Assembly: GCA_050174915.1 (NCBI GenBank)
Contig: JBFXJL010000001.1
Location: 539,346 to 603,345, forward strand
Direction: 5' to 3'
Source of the DNA: Elusimicrobiales bacterium
GTDB lineage: Bacteria > Elusimicrobiota > Elusimicrobia > Elusimicrobiales > UBA9959
DNA: 64,000 bases
Shown here piece after piece: positions 16,254-24,577 of the stretch. Positions within the stretch are counted from its first letter, which is position 1. Every line of letters begins with the position of its first letter. The notes under the pieces were generated by a model. The model was not told where the DNA came from. It did no database searches and saw only the letters and a program-made list of their open reading frames with translations. The position numbers and the translations under genes were made by a program.

Positions 16254-18437
16254 TTATCCCAGGCGGCCGGTGCGGCGCAGCGCCGCCGCGACGCGGGCCA
16301 TCACCAGCGGCCCCTTGAACGGCTTGATCACGTAGTCGTCGGCGCCCATCTGGAAGGCCAGTTCCTGGCTCTTGTCGGAATTCTCGGTGGTCAGCATGAT
16401 CACCGGCAGGTCCAGCAGGCCCAGCGCGCCGCGCACGCCTTTTACCAGGTCGTAGCCGTTCATGCGGGGCATGTTGATATCCGAGATCAGCAGGTCGGGG
16501 GCCGGCCCCTCGGCTATTTTAGTGAGGGCCTCTTCCCCGTCGGCGGCTTCCACAGCCTCGTAGCCGGCGTTCTCTATGAATTTTTTCAGCAGCATGCGCA
16601 TGATGGGGTCGTCATCGGCTATCATCACCCGCGGCTTGCCGGCGGGCGCGGAAGGCGGCGCTTTTTCCTGCGCCGGAACGGCGGCCGCGGCCGGGGCGGC
16701 GGCTGTAACCGCAGGCGCAACCTGTTCCCCGGCTTTCTCGAGTTTCAGGTACGGCCCCAGTTCTTTCAGGTCGGACTGTCCCGCAGCCAGGTGCCAGAGC
16801 GCGTCTTTGGTGATGGTGCGCAGGGCGCCGGTCTCTATGGCGGCCCTGGTTATCTGCTCGGCGGTGGCGTTGTTGTTTATGAGTTCCTTAACTTTGGGGT
16901 TGAGCGCCAGGAGCTCCACTATGGAGGTGCGCCCGGTGTAGCCGCTCATCTCGCAGGCCTTACAGCCCACCGCGCGGCAGTATTTTTCCTCAAAGCCGTT
17001 CTCGCCCAGGGCCCGGAGTATTCCAGGGTCGGCTTCGGCCGCCGTGACCTGCTGCCGGCAGGCCGGGCAGAGCCGGCGCACCAGGCGCTGAGCGGTAATG
17101 GCCAGCAGGCCGGGAGAGATCTTGAAGTGGTCCACCCCCATGTCCACCAGGCGCGAAAGCGTGGAAACGGTGTCATTGGTGTGCAGCGTCGAAAGCACCA
17201 GGTGGCCGGTCATGGCGGCCTGGAAGGCTATGTCGGCCGTCTCCTTGTCGCGGATCTCGCCCACCATGATGATGTCCGGGTCCTGGCGCAGCACCGAGCG
17301 CAGCACGGCGGCGAAGTTGAGCCCCTGCTTTTCGTTTACCTGCACCTGGTTGATGCCGGCCAGCTTGTACTCTACGGGGTCCTCGGCGGTGACCACGTTG
17401 GTGGTCTCGCTCTTGACCTTGTTGAGCACCGAGTAGAGCGTAGTGGTCTTGCCCGAGCCGGTGGGGCCGGTGACTAGTATTATACCCTGCGTGGAAGTAA
17501 GGCACTTGTCCAGGCCGTCAACAACCTCGGGCGCGAAGCCCAGCTTCTCGAAGGGCACCTCGGCGGCGCGCTGGTCGAGGATGCGCATCACCACCTTCTC
17601 GCCGAAGGAGGTGGGCAGCGTAGACACGCGCAGCCCCACTTCCGCCGTGCCTATGCGCAGCTTGGTGCGGCCGTCCTGCGGCACGAAATGTTTGGAGACG
17701 TCCAGGTCGGACATGATCTTGATGCGCGACACCACGGGCCCCATGGCGATGTAGCGCGGCAGCCGCATCACGTTCTTGAGTTCGCCGTCCACGCGGAAGC
17801 GCACATGGCTGGATTTCTCCTCGTGCTCTATGTGTATGTCGGAGGAGCGCTTGCGGTAAGCCTCTGAAATTATGGAATTGACCAGCTTGATGACCGGCGA
17901 GGTAACGGAGGCGTCCTGGGAATCGGCCGAGGTCCTCTCCCCCAGCACCAGGATTTCCTCGGGCGACTCCACCTTGCTGAGCAGGTCGAAGATCACCGTG
18001 TCGGCGCTGAACAGCTGCTCCATGCAGGCGTCCACCTCGCGCGGCAGGCAGAACTGCGGCAGCACCCTGCGGCCGGTCAGGGCCTCCACGTCGGCCTGGG
18101 CCGTCATGTCCGCGGGATCGGCCATCGCCACTTTTATTTCGGCGTCCATGACCTTAACCGGTATCAGCCCGTGCTTGCGGCAGATCTTCTCCGGCAGCAG
18201 CGAGAGCGCGAACTTGTCCACCTTTTCCGGGTACAGGGACAAATACGGGGTTTTAAAAAGAGCTTCGGCGGCCCGGACGAACTTGTCCTGGGTCACCAGG
18301 CCGGCGTCGATCAGCGCGTGTGAGAGGTATTTCTTTTTTTCGGCGCGCAGCCGCTCCACAGTCTGCGGGGGCAAATCCGGCAACCCCCCCGCCACCCTGA
18401 CCGCCCATTCGTCGCTAAAGCGCCATGTATCAGCCAT
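16254..18437 (-). CDS. GspE/PilB-family secretion/pilus ATPase fused to a C-terminal response-regulator receiver domain
   Basis: 727 aa. It has a T2SSE N-domain, Walker A VTGPTGSGKTTTLYS, the blocks VGEIRD and LVLSTLHTN, and tetracysteine CPAC...CKAC. A Pro/Ala linker leads into the REC domain: VMIADDDPIMR...LLISDINMPRMNG...DYVIKPF. Confidence 0.85.
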   Translation of the reverse strand: MADTWRFSDEWAVRVAGGLPDLPPQTVERLRAEKKKYLSHALIDAGLVTQDKFVRAAEALFKTPYLSLYPEKVDKFALSLLPEKICRKHGLIPVKVMDAEIKVAMADPADMTAQADVEALTGRRVLPQFCLPREVDACMEQLFSADTVIFDLLSKVESPEEILVLGERTSADSQDASVTSPVIKLVNSIISEAYRKRSSDIHIEHEEKSSHVRFRVDGELKNVMRLPRYIAMGPVVSRIKIMSDLDVSKHFVPQDGRTKLRIGTAEVGLRVSTLPTSFGEKVVMRILDQRAAEVPFEKLGFAPEVVDGLDKCLTSTQGIILVTGPTGSGKTTTLYSVLNKVKSETTNVVTAEDPVEYKLAGINQVQVNEKQGLNFAAVLRSVLRQDPDIIMVGEIRDKETADIAFQAAMTGHLVLSTLHTNDTVSTLSRLVDMGVDHFKISPGLLAITAQRLVRRLCPACRQQVTAAEADPGILRALGENGFEEKYCRAVGCKACEMSGYTGRTSIVELLALNPKVKELINNNATAEQITRAAIETGALRTITKDALWHLAAGQSDLKELGPYLKLEKAGEQVAPAVTAAAPAAAAVPAQEKAPPSAPAGKPRVMIADDDPIMRMLLKKFIENAGYEAVEAADGEEALTKIAEGPAPDLLISDINMPRMNGYDLVKGVRGALGLLDLPVIMLTTENSDKSQELAFQMGADDYVIKPFKGPLVMARVAAALRRTGRLG

Positions 18438-18504
18438 GCCTTTATTATATTAATTTAAAGACAACGGCTCTCGAAAAAGACGAAAGCCGAAATTTAAAAC
18501 CCCT

Positions 18505-18537
18505 ATAAACACGAAGCCCCAGACTTGCGTCCGGGGC
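18505..18537 (-). terminator. intrinsic terminator downstream of tRNA-CAT
   Basis: The minus strand reads GCCCCGGAC GCAA GTCTGGGGC (9-bp stem including one G-U pair, GNRA loop) followed by TTCGTGTTTAT. Confidence 0.55.
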
Positions 18538-18578
18538 ACGGTCCTGATATTTCTAGTTCCAGGTTCGAATCTCTTAAA

Positions 18579-18655
18579 TGGTTGCGGGGGTTGGATTTGA
18601 ACCAACGACCTCAAGGTTATGGGCCTTGCGAGCTACCAGGCTGCTCTACCCCGCA
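18579..18655 (-). tRNA. tRNA with anticodon CAT (elongator Met or Ile2-type), CCA encoded
   Basis: Hand-folded cloverleaf, 77 nt: TGCGGGG TA GAGC AGCCTGGTA GCTC G CAAGG CCCATAA CCTTG AGGTC GTTGG TTCAAAT CCAAC CCCCGCA ACCA. All four stems are perfectly paired. It is not initiator-like: positions 1-72 are paired and the anticodon stem has only two G-C pairs. The anticodon loop has C where U33 is normally found. Confidence 0.85.
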
Positions 18656-18733
18656 GTATTATTATACCACAAGGTTCAAGCGGTTGCAACATTTATCGTC
18701 GGGAATAATTACATTCTAAGACGGTGACATGTA

Positions 18734-18785
18734 GTGATCACCTGAAAAATGATCGACTCAAAGTGATGATCGGATTTGTGATCGG
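18734..18785. repeat. cluster of GTGATC(G/A)-type octamers (left flank of the Fic cassette)
   Basis: GTGATCA (18734), TGATCGA (18750), GTGATGATCGG (18763) and GTGATCGG (18778). TGATCGGATTTGTGATCGG here matches TGATCGGATTGGTGATCGC at 20851-20869. Confidence 0.75.
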
Positions 18786-18874
18786 TTTGGGCGGAAACCC
18801 GAGAATTGATGCCTAGTGCTGGCTGGTGATTACTAGCCGCCCTTCAACTGGTCGCAATTACAGTTGGAACACCA

Positions 18875-19738
18875 TCACTCGCCGCGGCGGTAGGTCAAGA
18901 TCATTCCTGCCGAATCTTTCAGCAGGAGGTGCTTGGAGCTGACCGCCACCAAGTTGTATACTATCCGTGCCGCGGAGGAGTCCCGCCCCCCTGCGCTCAC
19001 ACAATCCAGTTCCAGCTTCGCCTCGTCCTCATCCAGCCTCCAGTTCAAGCAGGCAAGAGCGGCCATGTTTACTGATTTAGCTTCGCCTCCGGATTTCAGA
19101 CTAAAACCCGCCTCTGCGCCCGGCATACTGTCCACGGAATGCAGCCAGGTGCCCACAAGGTCGGATTCTTTCACGTTGTATCCGTGAATATATTCTTCGC
19201 CGGAATTGAATTTTACTATTCCCGCTACGGCAATAACTGCCAGAATAACGATCCAAACCTGCCCTGACGAGCCCGCTACCGGCATTTCCAACTGCCTATG
19301 AAAGGCCCACCCGAACGCTCCAAGAAGCATCGAGCCTAATACAAGTGCGGTTAGCACTACCCCCACAAAACTTCCAGCCTGCCCCATAGCAGCCGCTTCG
19401 AACACAAAGAACATTATAAGACTGGGCAATGCAATCAGGATACGCCAAAGAAACGACCATAAAATGCCCGGCAAGGCCATCCCATATTCTTTTAACGCTA
19501 CTTTCTTCGCAGAATACACCAGCGCAGCCATCAGCAGACAGAAGCCGCTGTAGCCCAACAAATTTTTCCCTGCTATCTTTTGCAGATCCGGGACAATTTC
19601 CACAATTGCATAGAACAAGCCATAGGGCAACATTGCCCGCCATAACAATGCCCAGCCAATCTTCAGGTTCTGTCTGCAAAGCAAAGACAGGGGTTTTGTT
19701 AGGCTAATATGCGGTGGATTGATAAAATCAAACCTCAT
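18875..19738 (-). CDS. hypothetical polytopic membrane protein with a soluble C-terminal domain
   Basis: 287 aa. About 5 hydrophobic segments are followed by a soluble tail (NVKESDLVGTWLH...). It overlaps the upstream Fic gene by 11 nt, indicating an operon. G+C is lower than the surroundings. Confidence 0.6.
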   Translation of the reverse strand: MRFDFINPPHISLTKPLSLLCRQNLKIGWALLWRAMLPYGLFYAIVEIVPDLQKIAGKNLLGYSGFCLLMAALVYSAKKVALKEYGMALPGILWSFLWRILIALPSLIMFFVFEAAAMGQAGSFVGVVLTALVLGSMLLGAFGWAFHRQLEMPVAGSSGQVWIVILAVIAVAGIVKFNSGEEYIHGYNVKESDLVGTWLHSVDSMPGAEAGFSLKSGGEAKSVNMAALACLNWRLDEDEAKLELDCVSAGGRDSSAARIVYNLVAVSSKHLLLKDSAGMILTYRRGE

Positions 19739-20729
19739 ACTTCCCGGTCTTATGACCCCCGGAACGTTTTACAAACCCGGCGCCCAGCAAAGGCTTCAGA
19801 ATAAAATGCGCACCGGGCTTTGTTACTTTCAACACGGACATTATTTCCTGTATGCCGCGAGGGGCTTCTTTCAGGAGACCTAATAGACGCTCCTGGTTCT
19901 TTGTTAATGAAACGGATTTGTTCCTGGTGAGGGTGCGGATAGAATCTATGCGCTTCCAAGTGCGTTCAAGGGCTTCCAGCACAGTCTCGGAGGAGTACTC
20001 TACCCAGCCGGAAACATCCCCGCCCTGCGTCTGGACTCGGTTCAAGGCATGATAATAGGCCTGTCTGTCCTCCAAGAAGACTTCGTCCACGGCGAAAATG
20101 TGGTTGGTGTCGAAATGTTTGCGATAAAGTTCCCAAGTTGCCAAGGCCCGGCCCACGCGGCCATTGCCGTCGCCAAAGGGATGGATATACTCGAACTGGT
20201 AATGCAGGATGGCAGAACTTACCAGCGCGGGCCAGTCTTTACCCGGACCATTAAGCCAGTCGCATAATTCTCCGGTCAAATACGGCACTGAGGCCGGCGG
20301 CGGCGGGATATGCCCCCCCACAAAGACCTTATAATCCCGGAAATCGCCCACGGGGCCGCGGTCCAGCGCGTTCTGGCGGCCTATTATCGAATGCAGTTTA
20401 AGTACTTGGGGGACCTTTATAGCGGCAATAGCCGAGTTCTTGCCGATAAAGCGCAAAACCTCGAAATAGTTAAGTATTTCCTGCACCGCGCGCGGTTTGG
20501 CGCCGGGCACTGTGCCGCCTGCGGCGAGGGTCTTGATCTCCGGCAGGGTAAGGGGATTGCCCTCTATGGCGGTAGAGCCGTGAGTCTGCCTGGCCAGCGC
20601 TTCGCGCTGCATGTCCGGCAACCAGCTTACGCCTATGGCGGCGCTCTGTATCTTAGCCTTCAGTTCGGCGGCCTGCTCGATAGTCTTGAGAAGATGGTGC
20701 GTCGGGCTGAATTTTGGATTGAATGGCAT
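19728..20729 (-). CDS. fic: Fic-family protein (AMPylase-type) with an N-terminal inhibitory motif and a C-terminal winged-helix-like tail
   Basis: Canonical Fic motif IHPFGDGNGRVGRA. The N-terminal HGSTAIEGNPLT fits the (S/T)xxxE(G/N) auto-inhibitory helix. Confidence 0.9.
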   Translation of the reverse strand: MPFNPKFSPTHHLLKTIEQAAELKAKIQSAAIGVSWLPDMQREALARQTHGSTAIEGNPLTLPEIKTLAAGGTVPGAKPRAVQEILNYFEVLRFIGKNSAIAAIKVPQVLKLHSIIGRQNALDRGPVGDFRDYKVFVGGHIPPPPASVPYLTGELCDWLNGPGKDWPALVSSAILHYQFEYIHPFGDGNGRVGRALATWELYRKHFDTNHIFAVDEVFLEDRQAYYHALNRVQTQGGDVSGWVEYSSETVLEALERTWKRIDSIRTLTRNKSVSLTKNQERLLGLLKEAPRGIQEIMSVLKVTKPGAHFILKPLLGAGFVKRSGGHKTGKYEV

Positions 20730-20832
20730 ACTCTCCCCCTCTTCTTAAGTAAAGCATAAGTATAGTAATACGTCAAGTACTCAGCAGACGCAAAATCCGC
20801 CCCAAGAAACATCCGACCTGATTGACCGGAAA

Positions 20833-20869
20833 GTGATCGGTTGAGAATGGTGATCGGATTGGTGATCGC
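20833..20869. repeat. three GTGATCG(G/C) octamers (right flank / upstream of the Fic cassette)
   Basis: GTGATCGG at 20833, GGTGATCGG at 20849 and GGTGATCGC at 20861, lying 100-140 nt upstream of the Fic start codon. Confidence 0.8.
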
Positions 20870-20907
20870 TTCTAGGTATGTCTAGCGACTTCTCCTGATC
20901 CGTCAGG

Positions 20908-20940
20908 AGAATAATAAAGCACGACTCTCGTAGTGCTTGC
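20908..20940 (-). terminator. putative terminator hairpin after the PocR-PAS kinase gene (member of a repeated element)
   Basis: The minus strand reads AAGCAC TACGAGAGTC GTGCTT followed by TATTATTCTCC. About 80% identical by eye to the hairpin element at 26241-26275. Confidence 0.4.
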
Positions 20941-20982
20941 CTTTCGATGAACTGCGCCGCTCCTCGCCCGAGGCCCGGCCCC

Positions 20983-23900
20983 TTAACCGGGACCGGGGGA
21001 ATCCAGCATCTTGCGGACCTTGCACAGGAGCAGGTCCGGGCTGAAAGGTTTGGGCAGCAGCTCCGCCCCGCTCTCCAGCAGGTCCTGGCTTTGTATGATG
21101 TCGTCGGTATAGCCGGAAACCAGGAGGATCTTCCCCTTGAAGCCCCGATGCGCGAGCTCGCGGGACAACTCGAGGCCGCTCATGCCCGGCATCAGCATGT
21201 CGGTAATGACCAGCTTAACTCCCGGCGCTTTCTCCAGGGCGGCCAGGGCTTCAGCCCCCCCGGCCACGGCCGTCACAACGTAGCCGTTCTCCCGCAGGAC
21301 GCGCTCCCCGAGCCTGCGCAGCTGCTCGTCGTCTTCCACGAGAAGTATCTTCTCACCGCCGGAAACCTCGTTCTCCCCGCAAACAGGAGCCTTCAGTTTC
21401 CCCTCGGGGTCGGGCCGCTCGCCGGCGGCCAGCGGGAAGTACAGCTTGAAAGTTGTGCCCTTGCCGGGCGAACTGGCCAGTTTCACCGCGCCCCCGCTCT
21501 GGGCCACTATACCGTAGACCATGGGCAGCCCCAGGCCCGTGCCTTTTCCCTTCTCCTTGGTAGTGAAGAACGGCTCGAAGATTTTCCCCATGACCTCCGG
21601 GGTCATGCCGCTGCCGGTGTCGGAGACGCGCAGCACGACGAAGGGCCCCGGCCTGAGGTTCGGGTTCTCGGCGAAGAATTGTTCGGGAGGAGTCTCGGCG
21701 CGGGTGGAGATGGCAAGCGTGCCGCCTTTGGCCATGGCGTCCCTGGCGTTGACCGCCAGGTTCATGATTACCTGGCCGATCTGCCCGTAGTCGGCCAGTA
21801 TCAGGCATTGCCCGGGGAGGAGATCTATCTTAAGCTTTATATCCTCGCCGATAACGCGCTTGAGCATTTTCACCGTGCTCTCGACGGACGCGTTGAGGTC
21901 CAGCACCACGGGTTTCAGCACCTGCTTGCGGCTGAAAGCCTGGGGAACGCCCTCGTAGGCGAGCCCTATCAGCCTGGGGGCCTCCTCCATGGAATTCTTC
22001 CCGTCGGGCTGCGTAGGCGGCGAGAACTGTTTCGGATGGGCGCCCAGGATCTGCTCGCGGGTGCAGCCGAAGACCCGCTCAGCGGCCTTGTTGCAATCTA
22101 TCCACCTTCCGTCGGCGAAGAGCAGGATGGCGCCTTCGGCCGTCTCGAACAGCGTGCGGTACTTCTCCTCGCCGGCCCGCGTCGCTTCTTCCGCGCGCTT
22201 ACGGCCGGTGATGTCTAGGGACGTGCCTTTTAAGACCGCCGGGCAGCCGTCGGGGCCGTATTCCAGTTTGCCCCGGACATAAAGCCAGCGCAGTTCCTTG
22301 TCGCTCGGCCGGATTATCCGGAATTCCCTGTCGAAATCCAGGCCTTTAGCCAGCACTTCGTTCTGCAGGTATGCCTGTACCGCGGCCCGGTCCTCCGGAT
22401 GTATGCCGGCCGCCCAGCCCTCCATGGTATGCGGATAAGCCTTGTCTATCCCGTAGACACGGTCCATGGTCTCTGAGGTTTTAAAGACGCCGGTCTTGAG
22501 ATCCAGCGCCCATGTGCCCAGCCCCGCGTTATGCTGCGACTCGAGTATCTCCTGCGCGCTTTCCCGCAGTTTTTGCTCGGCCAGCCTGGCTTCCGTCAAA
22601 TCGATATTGGTGCCTATCATCCGCAAAGGCTTGCCGTCGGCGCCGCGCAGCGTGTGAGAATCCGCTTTAAGATAGCGCACCGTGCCGTCCGGCCAGACGA
22701 TGCGGAATTCGGGGTCGTACTCCCGCTCGCCGCGCAAGGCGGCGTCTATGTCGGCCTGCACCCGGGCCTTGTCCTCCGGGTGTATCCGGGCAACCCAGGC
22801 CTCGTAGGCGCCGCCGAAATCCCCGCGGCGTACATTGTAGAGCCGGTACATAGAATCGTCCCAACTCAGTTCGTTCTTCGGGATGTCCCAGTCCCAGATG
22901 CCGATATTGGCCGCCTGGACGGCCACCGACAGGCGCTCAGCCGTCAGTTCAAGCTCCCGGTTCTTCTCTTCAAGTTCTTTTTCAGCCAACTTGCGCTCGG
23001 TTATATCCCGGAAAATGCCGAGGATAAAATCTCCCCCGCCCAGCCGTACCCGCGAGGCCCGTATTTCCACCGGGACAGTCTTGCCGCCTTTGGAGAGCAG
23101 CACGTCCTCCAGCGGGGTGTCGGGATTTTCAGATAAGTGCTGTTTAAAAGTGTCGCCTTTGCTCTCCGGGGAGTCCGCCGCGGGGTGAAGCATGGCCCGG
23201 TTCTGGCCTATGAGTTCTTCCCGGGCGCGGCCGAGCAGGCGGCACAGGGCCGGGTTGCAGTCCAGCAGCTCCCCGTTTGCGGGATCCGCTATGGCTATGC
23301 CGTCCTGGGCGGAGTCGAACAACGCCCGATATCTTCCCTCCGCCTGCTTGCGGTCCGTTATGTTCTTGCCGAAAACGGAAATGGCGAAAGGCCGGCCTTC
23401 CTTCTTTAGCAGGTTCAGTTCCAGCAGCATGGTTATGCCGGATTTATAGGTGGTATATTCCGCGGCATACCTGCCGTCCCTGCGCGCACCGGAGAAAGCG
23501 TTCTTCCACCACGCGACATACTGCGGGTCCTGAAACAGGTCCTGGGGCCTCTTGCCGGCCAGGTCGTCTATGCCGCGGCTCTTGGAAAAGTATGTTCCGA
23601 AGGCGGTATTCCAGGTCATGATCCCGAAATTCTCCGGGTCCACGGTCCAGATGAAGTCCTGGGTACCTTCGAAGATGGCGCTCAGCAGCGCTTTGTTCTC
23701 AATTGCGCGTTTGCGGTCCACGCTCAAGGTGGTGATCACGCGGGTCATGCGCTCCAGCAGATCCAGGATGACAGGAATCCTCGCCTCGTCCACCACCGGC
23801 ACTTCGCGCGCGGCGGCCAGGTAGTCATCCTCCGGGAAGCCGTACCGCTGCGCCTGGGCGCGAAAGCGCGCCTCGTCTGGCGGCTGCGTCATGAACTGGC

Positions 23901-24294
23901 CGATGAAAACATTGGCTACGTGCTTGCCCTCTATAACGATAGGCGAGGCGCAGTCGGTCAGGCCGTTGGCGCAGGGAAAAATGGCGTAGTGCTTGCCCTC
24001 GGTAAGCTTCTGCGCTATGTCGGTATCGCTCGCTACGCAGAGGACGCAGGTTTCCGGGTTTACCCGGTGAAACTGCGTGCAGATGCGCTGCCAGCGGGAG
24101 GAAAGCAGCACGTTGGCCTTCAGGTCAATGATCGCGACCGGGATTTTGATCAGCTTGTAATAAGACTCGAACAGCTGCTGCACTTCCGTCTCTTTGAGCA
24201 GTTGCGCGAGCATTGCCGAATCGGCCGGCAGCGCGCCGCCGTAGCGGTAAGCCGCGGGCACATCCGTATCTGTTATGCGTTCGTAGGAAACCAT
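20983..24294 (-). CDS. PocR-domain / multi-PAS sensor protein with HATPase_c and receiver domains but no recognisable DHp (H-box) domain
   Basis: 1103 aa. The N-terminus is PocR-like (KIPVAIIDLKANVLLSSRWQRICTQFHR...CASPIVIEGKHVANVFIGQF). At least 5 PAS/PAC units follow. HATPase_c blocks: IGQVIMNLAVNARDAM, DTGSGMTPEV, GTGLGLPMVYGIV. REC: ILLVEDDEQLR...LVITDMLMPGMSG...LLPKPF. Confidence 0.85.
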   Translation of the reverse strand: MVSYERITDTDVPAAYRYGGALPADSAMLAQLLKETEVQQLFESYYKLIKIPVAIIDLKANVLLSSRWQRICTQFHRVNPETCVLCVASDTDIAQKLTEGKHYAIFPCANGLTDCASPIVIEGKHVANVFIGQFMTQPPDEARFRAQAQRYGFPEDDYLAAAREVPVVDEARIPVILDLLERMTRVITTLSVDRKRAIENKALLSAIFEGTQDFIWTVDPENFGIMTWNTAFGTYFSKSRGIDDLAGKRPQDLFQDPQYVAWWKNAFSGARRDGRYAAEYTTYKSGITMLLELNLLKKEGRPFAISVFGKNITDRKQAEGRYRALFDSAQDGIAIADPANGELLDCNPALCRLLGRAREELIGQNRAMLHPAADSPESKGDTFKQHLSENPDTPLEDVLLSKGGKTVPVEIRASRVRLGGGDFILGIFRDITERKLAEKELEEKNRELELTAERLSVAVQAANIGIWDWDIPKNELSWDDSMYRLYNVRRGDFGGAYEAWVARIHPEDKARVQADIDAALRGEREYDPEFRIVWPDGTVRYLKADSHTLRGADGKPLRMIGTNIDLTEARLAEQKLRESAQEILESQHNAGLGTWALDLKTGVFKTSETMDRVYGIDKAYPHTMEGWAAGIHPEDRAAVQAYLQNEVLAKGLDFDREFRIIRPSDKELRWLYVRGKLEYGPDGCPAVLKGTSLDITGRKRAEEATRAGEEKYRTLFETAEGAILLFADGRWIDCNKAAERVFGCTREQILGAHPKQFSPPTQPDGKNSMEEAPRLIGLAYEGVPQAFSRKQVLKPVVLDLNASVESTVKMLKRVIGEDIKLKIDLLPGQCLILADYGQIGQVIMNLAVNARDAMAKGGTLAISTRAETPPEQFFAENPNLRPGPFVVLRVSDTGSGMTPEVMGKIFEPFFTTKEKGKGTGLGLPMVYGIVAQSGGAVKLASSPGKGTTFKLYFPLAAGERPDPEGKLKAPVCGENEVSGGEKILLVEDDEQLRRLGERVLRENGYVVTAVAGGAEALAALEKAPGVKLVITDMLMPGMSGLELSRELAHRGFKGKILLVSGYTDDIIQSQDLLESGAELLPKPFSPDLLLCKVRKMLDSPGPG

Positions 24295-24577
24295 TCCCCT
24301 CCCCCCGATCCCCTGATGCCGAAATTATACATAATCGGCATGATGAAGAAATCGGTTGAGACAAGTCCCTGTCCCTGGACGGCACCGACCTGTACGTCTG
24401 GCTGGAAAGGCTGGGCTCGAAAGACGAGAACGCGCTGGACAAGACCTGTAAGGACAGCGGCGCCATGATAACGCTGGCGCTGAACCTTCTGTTCTAAATA
24501 CAACTGGCGCGGGCCACAGGACCGGAAAAGTAAGGTAGAATAACAGCGGGCGGCGGGGCCGGCCGTGGAGCTACCTT

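Noticed and set aside
18559-18575. T-loop-like CCAGG TTCGAAT CTCTT on the + strand abutting the 3' end of tRNA-CAT. I tested it as the missing 3' half of the truncated tRNA-Thr, which would imply an inversion between 6383 and about 18550
   Set aside because: The flanking 5-mers do not pair (2 of 5), and the following 7 nt (AAATGGT) are not complementary to the GCCGAGG acceptor strand. It does not reconstitute tRNA-Thr. It is possibly a decayed tRNA scrap or coincidence.
24375-24497. Stop-free stretch of about 45 codons with host-like G/C-ending codons (…LDGTDLYVWLERLGSKDENALDKTCKDSGAMITLALNLLF-stop) in the kinase/pfk intergenic region
   Set aside because: There is no ATG/GTG/TTG start with an SD sequence after the in-frame stop at 24357. 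The upstream ATG-ATG at 24340 is in another frame. It could be a gene remnant or a frameshifted small ORF, but I cannot support a call.
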